The notes below the pieces were generated by a model. The model was not told the origin of the DNA. It worked only from the letters and a program-made list of their open reading frames with translations, and made no database searches. A stretch of 64,000 nt of DNA from a virus. Shown here one piece after another: positions 7,987 to 15,887 of the stretch (its first letter is position 1; each line of letters starts with the position of its first letter). The position numbers and the translations under genes were made by a program. The stretch spans positions 1 through 64,000 of IMG/VR virus record IMGVR_UViG_3300027635_000001; one strand, 5' to 3'.

Positions 7987-8177
7987 CACGCCCTCCGCAC
8001 ACAAATCGCGCGCTTCCCATCGACCCACGCCTCGAAACTCCCCGGGCACAGCCCGAGCCGGGGCAGCGGAACGCGGTCGTCGCTCTTGCCGGGCCAGCGT
8101 GTCGGCGCCGGGCGGGGCTCGCGGTCCGTGTCGGCGGTCGGGAGCAGCATCGAGCAGGTGACGAGGAGCCATTTCAT
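7986..8177 (-). CDS. small protein with hydrophobic N-terminus (63 aa)
   Basis: MKWLLVTCSMLLPTADTD... is signal-like. The start overlaps the upstream ORF stop (ATGA). Confidence 0.35.
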   Translation of the reverse strand: MKWLLVTCSMLLPTADTDREPRPAPTRWPGKSDDRVPLPRLGLCPGSFEAWVDGKRAICVRRA

Positions 8178-8347
8178 GCCTGATCCTCGATGCATGCGGA
8201 CAAGATAAACCTGTCTTGTTTGTTTACGCGCCGTAACTCTTTCAGTTTCTTGATTGCGTCATCGAGAGAGCAGCGCGCGATCCATTCAACCTCATAGACG
8301 GATTTTCTCGCGACTGCGCTGAACACGTCTTTGACGATGATAAACAT
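8174..8347 (-). CDS. hypothetical protein (57 aa, below ORF-track cutoff)
   Basis: My own translation is MFIIVKDVFSAVARKSVYEVEWIARCSLDDAIKKLKELRRVNKQDRFILSACIEDQA. Lower-GC stretch; coupled to both neighbours. Confidence 0.4.
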   Translation of the reverse strand: MFIIVKDVFSAVARKSVYEVEWIARCSLDDAIKKLKELRRVNKQDRFILSACIEDQA

Positions 8348-8445
8348 CACAGCCGCCTCCCTTGGATCGCGACGCTGACGGCCACGATCGCGAATGCGAC
8401 GGCTAGGACGGCGAGGGTGAGGGCCATTAGGGCGGTCTCGGTCAT
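8347..8445 (-). CDS. 32-aa hydrophobic peptide
   Basis: MTETALMALTLAVLAVAFAIVAVSVAIQGRRL. The start overlaps the upstream stop (ATGA). Confidence 0.35.
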   Translation of the reverse strand: MTETALMALTLAVLAVAFAIVAVSVAIQGRRL

Positions 8446-8732
8446 TTTGAACCGTCCGAAAGAAAATCCTCGTCGCGCGTGGCGACAGGCTGAACGCGCT
8501 CGACCTTCAAGGCGCGTATGAGGCGACCAGCGATAATCGCGTTGTAAGGTCCGTCGCGATTGCACTGGTCGACAACGTCGGCGGCCCGTTCAAGGCCGAA
8601 CTCGTGTCCTAGGGAAAACGCCTCGTCCAAATCGCCTTTGATCGTCTGGAATGTGAGATCGTCGCGCTTCTCCCGAACCAGCGTCAACCACCACTTGCGG
8701 ACAATGTCGCTCAGTCGCATCGAGGGAGTCAT
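8442..8732 (-). CDS. hypothetical protein (96 aa)
   Basis: ORF in the operon. No family recognised. Confidence 0.5.
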   Translation of the reverse strand: MTPSMRLSDIVRKWWLTLVREKRDDLTFQTIKGDLDEAFSLGHEFGLERAADVVDQCNRDGPYNAIIAGRLIRALKVERVQPVATRDEDFLSDGSK

Positions 8733-8926
8733 GCCGTCACCCTCGCCTTCGCCCGCAACTCACGGCGCACCCAGTTCGCGCTTTCCGTCAGCATCGCAAT
8801 ATGCCCCGCGTCGGGAGCGCCGTACGGGATGACGTGCTTGAGCCAATGATCAACCGTTGCAAGGATGTCGTAGGCCGCGGCGTCGAGAGGCGGCGGGGTG
8901 TTCTGTACGAATATTTGTTGTCTCAT
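8729..8926 (-). CDS. hypothetical protein (65 aa)
   Basis: Internal start MRQQIFVQNTPPPLD... The upstream part of the track ORF is rejected on composition. Confidence 0.45.
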   Translation of the reverse strand: MRQQIFVQNTPPPLDAAAYDILATVDHWLKHVIPYGAPDAGHIAMLTESANWVRRELRAKARVTA

Positions 8927-8927
8927 G

Positions 8928-9206
8928 TCAGTATGCCTCGGGTCCGCGTTCGTCCAACTTCCGATCGTAATCTTCGTCCAACGCTCGGTCCGCGTCGGCC
9001 CATCCCTGCGCCCAGTCGATATTTTCCAAACATTCGAGGATGCCGTCGTAGGGGTTTTCGTCGAGAGGCCGGAGGTCGTTCCGCGCGTCATGGCCGAGCG
9101 CATAGGCTTCGCATTCTGGCGGCGCTGTGGGGGCAATCGGGTCGCGGGGGAAGATCAGAGGATTCCGCTTGAGGAGACCGCGGTTGATGGCGATTTCGTG
9201 TTTCAT
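8928..9206 (-). CDS. hypothetical protein (92 aa)
   Basis: Acidic ORF. No family recognised. Confidence 0.5.
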   Translation of the reverse strand: MKHEIAINRGLLKRNPLIFPRDPIAPTAPPECEAYALGHDARNDLRPLDENPYDGILECLENIDWAQGWADADRALDEDYDRKLDERGPEAY

Positions 9207-9209
9207 CGG

Positions 9210-9572
9210 TCAGGCTCCCGTTGCCTTGTCGAGCGCGGAAACCGCCGCGTCGCGTACATTCTTGAAGTAGCGGCCGAAGTCGCTATTCGGGCCGCATGCG
9301 TTCCACTGTTTAACAAAGAGTTGGAGTGCGGCCCTGATGGCGGGATCGCCTGCGGGGGCGGGAAACACTCGGTTGAGAAAGTCGCGCATAGCGACCAAAT
9401 CATCCTTCGCCACATTCTGAAACCTCGTCGTTCCAGAATCCTCCTCGTGCGGCTCATAGTCGAGGGCCTCATCGTTGAAGGCGATGTAACCGCTTCCGTC
9501 GGCTTCGCCGTATCCGGTCGTTTTCACCGTGAGCGAGCCGTCGTGGAAGCAAAAGGCCTCGCTGGTTTTCAT
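9210..9572 (-). CDS. hypothetical protein (120 aa)
   Basis: ORF with globular-looking composition. Confidence 0.55.
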   Translation of the reverse strand: MKTSEAFCFHDGSLTVKTTGYGEADGSGYIAFNDEALDYEPHEEDSGTTRFQNVAKDDLVAMRDFLNRVFPAPAGDPAIRAALQLFVKQWNACGPNSDFGRYFKNVRDAAVSALDKATGA

Positions 9573-9820
9573 AGCTGCGCATCCACTTTCTTGAGAACGA
9601 CTTGGGCGACCAGACTGCCTGTCGACGCCAGCAATTGCAGCGCAATCAACATGCCGGAGTATTTGCTCGCCTCGACGATGACGAGGCCATGCTTGGCGAG
9701 ATGGTGCTTGAGATAGAACGCGTTCGAATGCCCCTCACCGTCGCAAATCGCGTCGTACATCGCGGTTTTTATTTCGTCGTCGTTGGCTTCGGCTGCGTCG
9801 GACGTTGCGTGATCGTTCAT
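9569..9820 (-). CDS. hypothetical protein (83 aa)
   Basis: Internal start MNDHATSDAAEANDDE... at 9820. Confidence 0.5.
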   Translation of the reverse strand: MNDHATSDAAEANDDEIKTAMYDAICDGEGHSNAFYLKHHLAKHGLVIVEASKYSGMLIALQLLASTGSLVAQVVLKKVDAQL

Positions 9821-9824
9821 GGCG

Positions 9825-10019
9825 TCAGCCTCCCATTGTCGGGGCAATGTGGAACCGCTCAACCGGGTCGATATCGTCGTTGACCCACATGGCGATCAGG
9901 CGGACGGTTTGGGCTGCGAGTCCCTGCTCGGCTGCAATATGCTCCGCATACCCGTAGAGCAGCTTTCTGAGTTGCTTCAGGTCGCGTTGCGACAAGTTGG
10001 GAACCGGATTGCTCGGCAT
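9825..10019 (-). CDS. hypothetical protein (64 aa)
   Basis: ORF in the operon. Confidence 0.45.
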   Translation of the reverse strand: MPSNPVPNLSQRDLKQLRKLLYGYAEHIAAEQGLAAQTVRLIAMWVNDDIDPVERFHIAPTMGG

Positions 10020-10061
10020 CTTCGTTGCTCCCGGAAAGGGGAGGAGCTTTCGCCCCTCGGG

Positions 10062-10286
10062 TCAGGCCAGCGCGGCGCGGAGGGCGTCGAATTTGGCGTC
10101 GGTGGAGAGGTCGGCCTTTGCGGCGAGATGGCGAGCGGCGAAATCGAGAGCGCGATCGGAGGCGGCTTCGCCGGAGAAACCGGCGATGTGTTCGTCGTCG
10201 CTGTTGCGGACTTCGAAGCCGAGATAGTCGCCGACGACGCAGCATCCGAGATGGCCGTCGGCGTCGGGAATGATGAAAACTTCCAT
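10062..10286 (-). CDS. hypothetical protein (74 aa), first gene of the leftward early operon
   Basis: ORF immediately downstream of the left operator-like cluster. Confidence 0.5.
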   Translation of the reverse strand: MEVFIIPDADGHLGCCVVGDYLGFEVRNSDDEHIAGFSGEAASDRALDFAARHLAAKADLSTDAKFDALRAALA

Positions 10287-10334
10287 GGTCTCTGTCCCCG
10301 GTAGGCCAGCGCGTCGGCTGGCGTGGGGAGATGA

Positions 10335-10374
10335 TTATAGGAATGCCTATTGCGTGTCAATAGGCGTTATAGGC
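10335..10374. promoter_or_regulatory. operator-like cluster (left): 4 copies of the (T)TATAGG / CCTAT(TG) half-site
   Basis: TTATAGG 10335-41, CCTATTG 10346-52, CAATAGG 10358-64 (a perfect 7-bp dyad with the previous site), TTATAGGC 10367-74. Confidence 0.45.
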
Positions 10375-10569
10375 AAAACTATGCCGGTATCGAAAATAAT
10401 TGTCGCGCGCCCGCGATGCCCAACAATGGGCATGGGATGCGCAAAATTTATCCGTTCAATCGCGAACTCGTGATTGTGCGGTCCGCCGCGCCTACGTGTT
10501 ACCTTCGGGGGAAAGGTCGGGAGGATGTCACGACAACAATTTGTGGTTATGCCCGGACAGACCGTGAAG

Positions 10570-11028
10570 CTATCTATGAGATTTTGGCCGCGCTTGACGG
10601 ATCGCTTCGCCCAATTCCCACCGCACTAGCCTTCGGATCACGTCTTCGCGCGACATCCCACGGGGCACGGGAGGATGCGCGGTTATTATTAGCTGAATCG
10701 TTGAGGCGATCTTTGTACTGTCATCGTCTGAGAATTCGGCAAGCGTGAACGCCTCGTGCACCGCAATGAAGACAAGGCCATCTCCGACCGGAGGACGATC
10801 TTCTGGCGGCGCGGCTGCTGCGTTGGGAGGCAGAGCGTAAATGGCGTCGAAGTCTACGAGCGCGCGCCCGAGCGCGGCTGCAATCTCGGGAAGTTTGCGG
10901 GAGGTCTGCTGTTCTCCCGACTCCAGGTCCGAAATCACGGCTTGGCTGACACCGGCCGCCTTGGCGAGCTTGCCCTGGCTCATCCCAGCCGCCTTCCGGA
11001 ATTCCTTGATTTTGGCTCCGATTTCCAT
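10570..11028 (-). CDS. CI-like repressor (XRE-family HTH)
   Basis: MEIGAKIKEFRKAAGMSQGKLAKAAGVSQAVISDLESGEQ is a classic XRE HTH. It is divergent from a Cro-like gene. The start was chosen at M21 of the track ORF. Confidence 0.8.
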   Translation of the reverse strand: MEIGAKIKEFRKAAGMSQGKLAKAAGVSQAVISDLESGEQQTSRKLPEIAAALGRALVDFDAIYALPPNAAAAPPEDRPPVGDGLVFIAVHEAFTLAEFSDDDSTKIASTIQLIITAHPPVPRGMSREDVIRRLVRWELGEAIRQARPKSHR

Positions 11029-11035
11029 ACCGAAA

Positions 11036-11114
11036 TTATAGGCGAAGCTTTTCCTATAATCGCCTTCATTTGCCCTATTGACTTTCATAGGCGTTCCTAT
11101 ATCGTGCGCCTATG
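11036..11114. promoter_or_regulatory. operator-like cluster (right): 6 copies of the same half-site in the repressor/cro intergenic region
   Basis: TTATAGGCG 11036-44, CCTATAA 11053-59 (7-bp dyad), CCTATTG 11074-80, CATAGGCG 11086-93, CCTATAT 11096-102. CGCCTATG 11107-14 forms an 8-bp dyad with 11086-93 and overlaps the cro-like ATG. Confidence 0.5.
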
Positions 11115-11369
11115 GAAGCGATCAAAAAACTCATCGAAGACGCCATCGTGGACTTCGGCACCGAGGCCAAACTAGCCGCTGCTGCCGGGGTTTCACAGCC
11201 CGTAATCAACGATGCGAAGCGCACCGGCAAGGTCGGCCCGAAGCTGGCGATGGGGATCGAGGCCGCGACGGGTGGCAAGATTTCTCGATGGCAGCTGCGC
11301 CCGGACTTGTGGGAACCGCCCGAGGCTGGAACGTCGCAATCGTCGGAGACCGGGGTCGCTGCAGAATGA
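11112..11369 (+). CDS. Cro / YdaS-like HTH regulator
   Basis: ...EAKLAAAAGVSQPVINDAKRTGKVGPKLAMGIEAATGGKISRWQLRPDLW resembles the YdaS/Cro family. It is the first gene of the rightward operon. Confidence 0.72.
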   Translation: MEAIKKLIEDAIVDFGTEAKLAAAAGVSQPVINDAKRTGKVGPKLAMGIEAATGGKISRWQLRPDLWEPPEAGTSQSSETGVAAE

Positions 11370-11479
11370 GCGCGATCGCCCTTCACATCCTCGCGGACCT
11401 TGCCGTCTGGGCCGTTTTATCCGTGGCGCTCGGCCTGTTCGTCGGGGCGTTCATTCGGGTGGGAGGGTCCTCGCAATGA
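11366..11479 (+). CDS. 37-aa hydrophobic peptide
   Basis: MSAIALHILADLAVWAVLSVALGLFVGAFIRVGGSSQ. ATGA overlaps at both ends. Confidence 0.4.
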   Translation: MSAIALHILADLAVWAVLSVALGLFVGAFIRVGGSSQ

Positions 11480-11784
11480 GCGATTGTCGCAGGGTCGGAC
11501 AGGCCGTCGTATGTATCGACAACACGATTGGCGACGAGGTCAGGCATCTCGTCGATTTGACGAAGTTCATGATCCCGCAATGCGGGCCTGTTTATACGAT
11601 TAGAAGCATCGTAGAGCGGGACGGGTTTATCGGGCTTAGACTGCATGGAATCATCAACCCGGTCTGGGGGCCAGATGAAGCTTGGTTCGATTCAGAACAC
11701 TTCCGCCCGGTTGTCGAGTCCGACATCTCCGTTTTCACCGCGATCCTCGATCGTCTCCCCAAGCGCGAGGTCGTCGACGCATGA
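11476..11784 (+). CDS. hypothetical protein (102 aa)
   Basis: MSDCRRVGQAVVCIDNTIGDEV... GGGAGGG lies upstream of ATG 11476. Confidence 0.6.
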   Translation: MSDCRRVGQAVVCIDNTIGDEVRHLVDLTKFMIPQCGPVYTIRSIVERDGFIGLRLHGIINPVWGPDEAWFDSEHFRPVVESDISVFTAILDRLPKREVVDA

Positions 11785-11924
11785 GCGCGCGCCCCGCATG
11801 CTTTCCATCATCTGAGCTCGCCATCGCCTTCCCTCCCGGGTTCGATGGCGTGACTGGCGCGGCCGTCCGGGCGACGGTCGTGTCTTTTTCTTATCCAGCC
11901 TGAGTTTCGGTTCCTGCGCGGCCC

Positions 11925-12353
11925 TTGCAGGGGCTGGCGCGGGTGGGTTTGTTTGTGTGTGCAATGTTTCCTTCCTTCCATGCTCAATCAAAAGCATGGG
12001 AGCCATCCGTGAAGGTGGAAATTTCATCCAGGAACGTGGAAATGGGTGCGAGCGCCGAGGCGTCTGATTTGTTGAAGCGTCTAGCCGAACCTAGTCCGGC
12101 CGGCACGCATATCGAGACGCTCATTCGAGACGTTGCGTTGAAGATGCGCATGCCGTTCCGGCGCGCGAAGGCGCTCTGGTATCGCGAGGCGGCGCGGGTG
12201 GATTCGGAAGAAATGGACGCCTTGCGCGCTGCTGCGCGGGCGAGAGGCGAGGCCGAAGGTGTGGTCAGACGGGAATATCAGGACGTCATCGCAAGGATCG
12301 AACAACTCGAGCGGCGGCTGGACGCGACGGGTCCGCACATGGGCGGCGCGTAA
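11925..12353 (+). CDS. hypothetical protein (start uncertain; alternative ATG at 12042)
   Basis: The C-terminal 100 aa look protein-like (LLKRLAEPSPAGTHIETLIRDVALKMRMPFRRAKALWYRE...). Confidence 0.45.
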   Translation: MQGLARVGLFVCAMFPSFHAQSKAWEPSVKVEISSRNVEMGASAEASDLLKRLAEPSPAGTHIETLIRDVALKMRMPFRRAKALWYREAARVDSEEMDALRAAARARGEAEGVVRREYQDVIARIEQLERRLDATGPHMGGA

Positions 12354-12464
12354 GTGCCTCGAGGTAGCCGCAGCGATCGCCCAGCTGGCCTGCTGGATCG
12401 CGCCGTGGATCGCCGACGAGCCGCCGGAAAAGCCGCGCGTGCATACAAAGATTTGGGGGCTGTG

Positions 12465-13004
12465 ATGACGAAACCGCTTCCCCCGGAAATGCGCAAACGC
12501 AGTCCCGACCGCGTCGACTGGAGCGAGTGGCGGCTCGCAATGCTACGCCGCATGTGGCCGGACAGCGGCATCGGCTGCCCTGAAATTGCCCTTGCCATCG
12601 GATGCGGCGCGACCCGGAACGCCATCATTGGCAAAGCTCGTCGGCTAGGACTTGGGCCTAAGCCATTAATCTCAGGCCAGAGCCACCAAGCCAGGGGCGG
12701 CGCGACCAAACGGGCGAAGTCCGAACAGCAGCGCGTCGTGTCGATGCAGGCGCTGGCCGAGAGGCGCAAAGCGATCTCATCCCCGCAAGCTCTCGCCGAG
12801 CACCGCGAGAAGCAAGCCGCCGCAGGGCCAGCCGCCATCGCGGCGGTCGAGCTCGCGCTGATCAATAATCCGCGGTTCGTCGCGCGGGTCGAGAAGCCAG
12901 CGGACCTCTACGCGCACATGAGAAGCGACAAAGGTTATCAGGACGCCTTGGCCGCGCTGTCGCGCGACAGGAAAACGGGAGAAATATTTCATGGGCGAGC
13001 CTAG
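12465..13004 (+). CDS. GcrA-like cell-cycle regulator homologue
   Basis: WSEWRLAMLRRMWPDSGIGCPEIALAIGCGATRNAIIGKARRLGLGPK matches the GcrA N-terminal DNA-binding signature (W..LW..G.S..qIA..LG.vTRNAVIGK.hRLGL). Confidence 0.75.
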   Translation: MTKPLPPEMRKRSPDRVDWSEWRLAMLRRMWPDSGIGCPEIALAIGCGATRNAIIGKARRLGLGPKPLISGQSHQARGGATKRAKSEQQRVVSMQALAERRKAISSPQALAEHREKQAAAGPAAIAAVELALINNPRFVARVEKPADLYAHMRSDKGYQDALAALSRDRKTGEIFHGRA

Positions 13005-13524
13005 GAAAATCCAGCAACCGCGCGCGGGGACGAACGGCTTCGACCCGGACGTGCTGCATGCGCTCGTGGATCGTATCGAAGGCGTAGTCGAAGATCTGCT
13101 CAGCGAGCGCGGCTCTTATATGTCCAAGTGCCGATCCATGCGCGAGGATATCGCCAATATCTACGACGAGGCGAAGGCGCGCGGCATTCCGACGAAGCCG
13201 CTCAAGAAGGCCGTGAAGGCGCGGGAACTGACGCGCAAGATCGAGGCGCTGCGCGTAGATTTCGACCTCATCGAGCGCGAGACTTACGACCAAATCCGCC
13301 ACGCGCTCGGCGATCTAGCGGACACGCCGCTCGGCGAGGCGGCTGCGAAAGGCTCCCCTGGCGCGCCGGATGACGAGCCGGATGTTCGGCCGGGGTTCCT
13401 GAAGGACAAGGATGCCGAGGCTTCGGCGGCCAACGCCGAGGCCTTGAAGGGGATCAAGCCCTTGAAGTCGAAGGGCCCCAAGGTCGGCGGGGACGTCGAG
13501 GGTTCCTATAAGGCCGTCAACTGA
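12991..13524 (+). CDS. GapR/DUF2312-like protein with extended C-terminus
   Basis: LHALVDRIEGVVEDLL...REDIANIYDEAKARGIPTKPLKKAVKAREL resembles the DUF2312 core (IeRiErLeeEk..i..dikevYaEAKgnGfDvK.LrkvV). There is an insertion relative to that core. Confidence 0.5.
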   Translation: MGEPRKIQQPRAGTNGFDPDVLHALVDRIEGVVEDLLSERGSYMSKCRSMREDIANIYDEAKARGIPTKPLKKAVKARELTRKIEALRVDFDLIERETYDQIRHALGDLADTPLGEAAAKGSPGAPDDEPDVRPGFLKDKDAEASAANAEALKGIKPLKSKGPKVGGDVEGSYKAVN

Positions 13525-13525
13525 G

Positions 13526-14431
13526 ATGATTGCCTCTGGCGACAAGTTTGGTCGTTTGACGGCTGTCTCGCCAATAGGCGGGGGCCGATGGTCGTTTGTT
13601 TGCGATTGCGGAACCGCGAAAGGCATCCGCCACAACAAGGTCCGGACCGGACATACGCAAAGCTGCGGATGTCTGAGGCTTGACTCCTTGAAGCGTACAA
13701 ACGCTCTCAGGGCAGTCCCTGATCTTACAGGGCAAAGGTTCGGTCGGCTCGTGGTCACGAAGATGGTCGCGAAGGTAGACAACCACACATATTGGGATTG
13801 CCGCTGCGATTGTGGCGTCGTGACGTGCCCCTCGGCGAACAAGCTGCGAAACGGATCAACCGTTAGCTGTGGATGCTACAAGCGTCACATGCTGGGGCAC
13901 CGAACGCGCGGGATGGCGCATCCTGGCGGTCGGCCGAACTCGGAAGTGCTGACACTTGAGAGATTGAAGCATCTGCTGATCTTAGATGAATCGTTAAATC
14001 TATTTCGGGGGCGGTTTACGCGCGGCGGCCGCCCAGCCGGCGAGATTGCTGGGCATCAGCGAGGGGATGGCTACTGGATCGTCTGCCTAGACCGAAAGAA
14101 ATATGCTGTTCATCGGCTGATTTGGTTCTGGCATCACGGAACGTGGCCAGTTGAATTGGACCATGACGATTTGGATCGCGGCGCCAATGCGATGAACAAT
14201 CTCCGTGAGGCCACGCGTACGTTGAACAACGCCAATCATCCGTGCCGGAGAGACAGCAGGCTCGGCGTGAAGGGAGTTTTCCAAAACAAGGGATGTGATC
14301 GGTTCTATGCAAGGATATCTTGCAGTGGACAAAGGTATTCTCTGGGCGGCTTTGCGACGCGCGAAGAGGCTAACGAAGCGTATTTTCGAAAGGCCAAAGA
14401 ACTATTTGGCGACTTTGCGAGGGCCGCGTGA
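13526..14431 (+). CDS. HNH endonuclease with AP2-type DNA-binding C-terminus and duplicated N-terminal Zn-knuckle modules
   Basis: FGRLTAV...CDCG...SCGC appears twice. Then HRLIWFWHHGTWPVELDHDDLDRGANAMNNLREAT (HNH_3-like), and finally GVKGVFQNKGCDRFYARISCSGQRYSLGGFATREEANEAY (AP2-like). Confidence 0.75.
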   Translation: MIASGDKFGRLTAVSPIGGGRWSFVCDCGTAKGIRHNKVRTGHTQSCGCLRLDSLKRTNALRAVPDLTGQRFGRLVVTKMVAKVDNHTYWDCRCDCGVVTCPSANKLRNGSTVSCGCYKRHMLGHRTRGMAHPGGRPNSEVLTLERLKHLLILDESLNLFRGRFTRGGRPAGEIAGHQRGDGYWIVCLDRKKYAVHRLIWFWHHGTWPVELDHDDLDRGANAMNNLREATRTLNNANHPCRRDSRLGVKGVFQNKGCDRFYARISCSGQRYSLGGFATREEANEAYFRKAKELFGDFARAA

Positions 14432-14967
14432 TCATCATGGCTATCGACCCCGCAACTATTTTAGGATGGGCGCTAGGCGAGCCGGGGACTATCCCTCGCT
14501 CCGGAGCCGTGCGTTTGAAGGCGCCCGACGACGATCGCGACGTCGCGGCGTTCAACGCGATGTGTTTTCTCATCGACACATGGACGCTCGACAAGCCTGA
14601 CTTCGTCTGCGTCGAGCATTTCATGAACCCGGCGGCGCAGAAATCGGCGGACGCGATCATCCTTCAAATCGAGGTTTACGGCGTCATCGTCGCGATGTGC
14701 CGGCGCTATGGCATCCGATACGCGGCGCCGCAGCGGTCGACGGTAGTCACGCATTTCTGTGGGCCCGGCGCGCCGCGTGACCGTGATTCGCTCAAACGCG
14801 CCGTGGTCCAGCGGGCGATCCTGCTCGGCTACATGCCCAAAGGCGTGAGAGACGACAACCGCGCCGACGCGTGCGCGCTGTTCGATTGGGCCTCTGCGCA
14901 CCACGGGCGCACGCCGCCTCGCGAGCTGCGGCTGTTCGGCGAGCGGGCGGGGACGAGATCGGCATGA
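14428..14967 (+). CDS. RuvC-like Holliday junction resolvase
   Basis: IMAIDPATILGWAL..., VCVEHF..., ...NRADACALFDWA fit the RuvC Asp/Glu motif pattern. GTGA overlap with the HNH gene. Confidence 0.72.
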   Translation: MIIMAIDPATILGWALGEPGTIPRSGAVRLKAPDDDRDVAAFNAMCFLIDTWTLDKPDFVCVEHFMNPAAQKSADAIILQIEVYGVIVAMCRRYGIRYAAPQRSTVVTHFCGPGAPRDRDSLKRAVVQRAILLGYMPKGVRDDNRADACALFDWASAHHGRTPPRELRLFGERAGTRSA

Positions 14968-15887
14968 ATGCGCTCGCCAGATACGATGCAGCCCGCACAG
15001 CCCTCGCTGAGGCTCATAGGATTGATGAGGTCAAGGATATTCGCGACAAGGCCATCGCTTTGGAGGCCTACGCTCGGCAGGCAAAAGACACCTCTTTGAT
15101 TCGGCACGCCACCGAAATCAGATTGCGCGCGGAGCGAAGGGCGGGAGAATTGCTGGCCAAGATTCCGAAGGCGAAGGGCGGCCAGCCCTATCAGAATCCT
15201 ACCCCCTCTCGACCGCAAGCAGTAGGCGCTGAGGTCGCAAAGCCAATGACGCTGGCCGAGATGGGCGTGACAGACACGCAATCGGTCAAATGGCAACGCC
15301 TTGCCGCTCTCTCCGAGGACAAGTTCGAGACCCGTGTGGAGCACGCGAAGGCGCGTGTAACGGATATGACGACGAGTTCGCCGAGCTATTCCAAGGCGAT
15401 CTTCACTGGCGAAAACGAGTGGTATACGCCCGCCGAATATGTCGAGAGAGCGCGTGAAGTCCTTGGAACCATTGATCTCGATCCAGCTTCAAACGAAATC
15501 GCTCAGGAATGGATCAAGGCCGTTACGTTTTTCACCATCGCCGATGATGGATTGACGCGAGAATGGTTCGGAAGGGTTTGGCTCAATCCCCCCTATGCTC
15601 GCGCCACGATGGAGCCGTTCGTTGAAAAGCTTCAGTCTGAGTACCTCGCGGGGCGAGTTACAGAGGCTGTATTATTGACCCATAATTACACCGACACGGG
15701 ATGGTTTCACACAGCTGCCATTTCGGCTTCGGCTATTTGTTTGCTTCGCGGTCGCGTCAGGTTCGTGGCTCCGTCTGGCGAGGAGTGCTCCCCAACACAG
15801 GGGCAAGTGTTCTTCTATTTCGGCGCAGATTCGCGACGGTTTCAGGAGTCGTTCTCACAGATCGGCTTGATTGTGAGGCCCGCATGA
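14964..15887 (+). CDS. DNA N6-adenine methyltransferase (phage Dam / PF05869-type)
   Basis: EWYTPAEYVERAREVLGTIDLDPASNEIAQEWIKA...DDGLTREWFGRVWLNPPYARATMEPFVEKL. ATGA overlap with the RuvC-like stop. Confidence 0.88.
   Translation: MNALARYDAARTALAEAHRIDEVKDIRDKAIALEAYARQAKDTSLIRHATEIRLRAERRAGELLAKIPKAKGGQPYQNPTPSRPQAVGAEVAKPMTLAEMGVTDTQSVKWQRLAALSEDKFETRVEHAKARVTDMTTSSPSYSKAIFTGENEWYTPAEYVERAREVLGTIDLDPASNEIAQEWIKAVTFFTIADDGLTREWFGRVWLNPPYARATMEPFVEKLQSEYLAGRVTEAVLLTHNYTDTGWFHTAAISASAICLLRGRVRFVAPSGEECSPTQGQVFFYFGADSRRFQESFSQIGLIVRPA

Noticed and set aside
10350-10748. 132-aa plus-strand ORF overlapping the 3' half of the repressor gene
   Set aside because: Antisense to the XRE-type repressor. 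No RBS and no recognisable motif.
11078-11103. TTGACT ... TATATC as a PR-like promoter for the cro-like gene
   Set aside because: The spacer between the hexamers is only 14 nt, and no hexamer at 16-18 nt fits. Left as unresolved rather than called.
11781-11903. 40-aa ORF MSARPACFPSSELAIAFPPGFDGVTGAAVRATVVSFSYPA coupled by ATGA to the upstream gene
   Set aside because: The coupling is suggestive, but composition is unremarkable and it is too short to support. Not listed as a feature.
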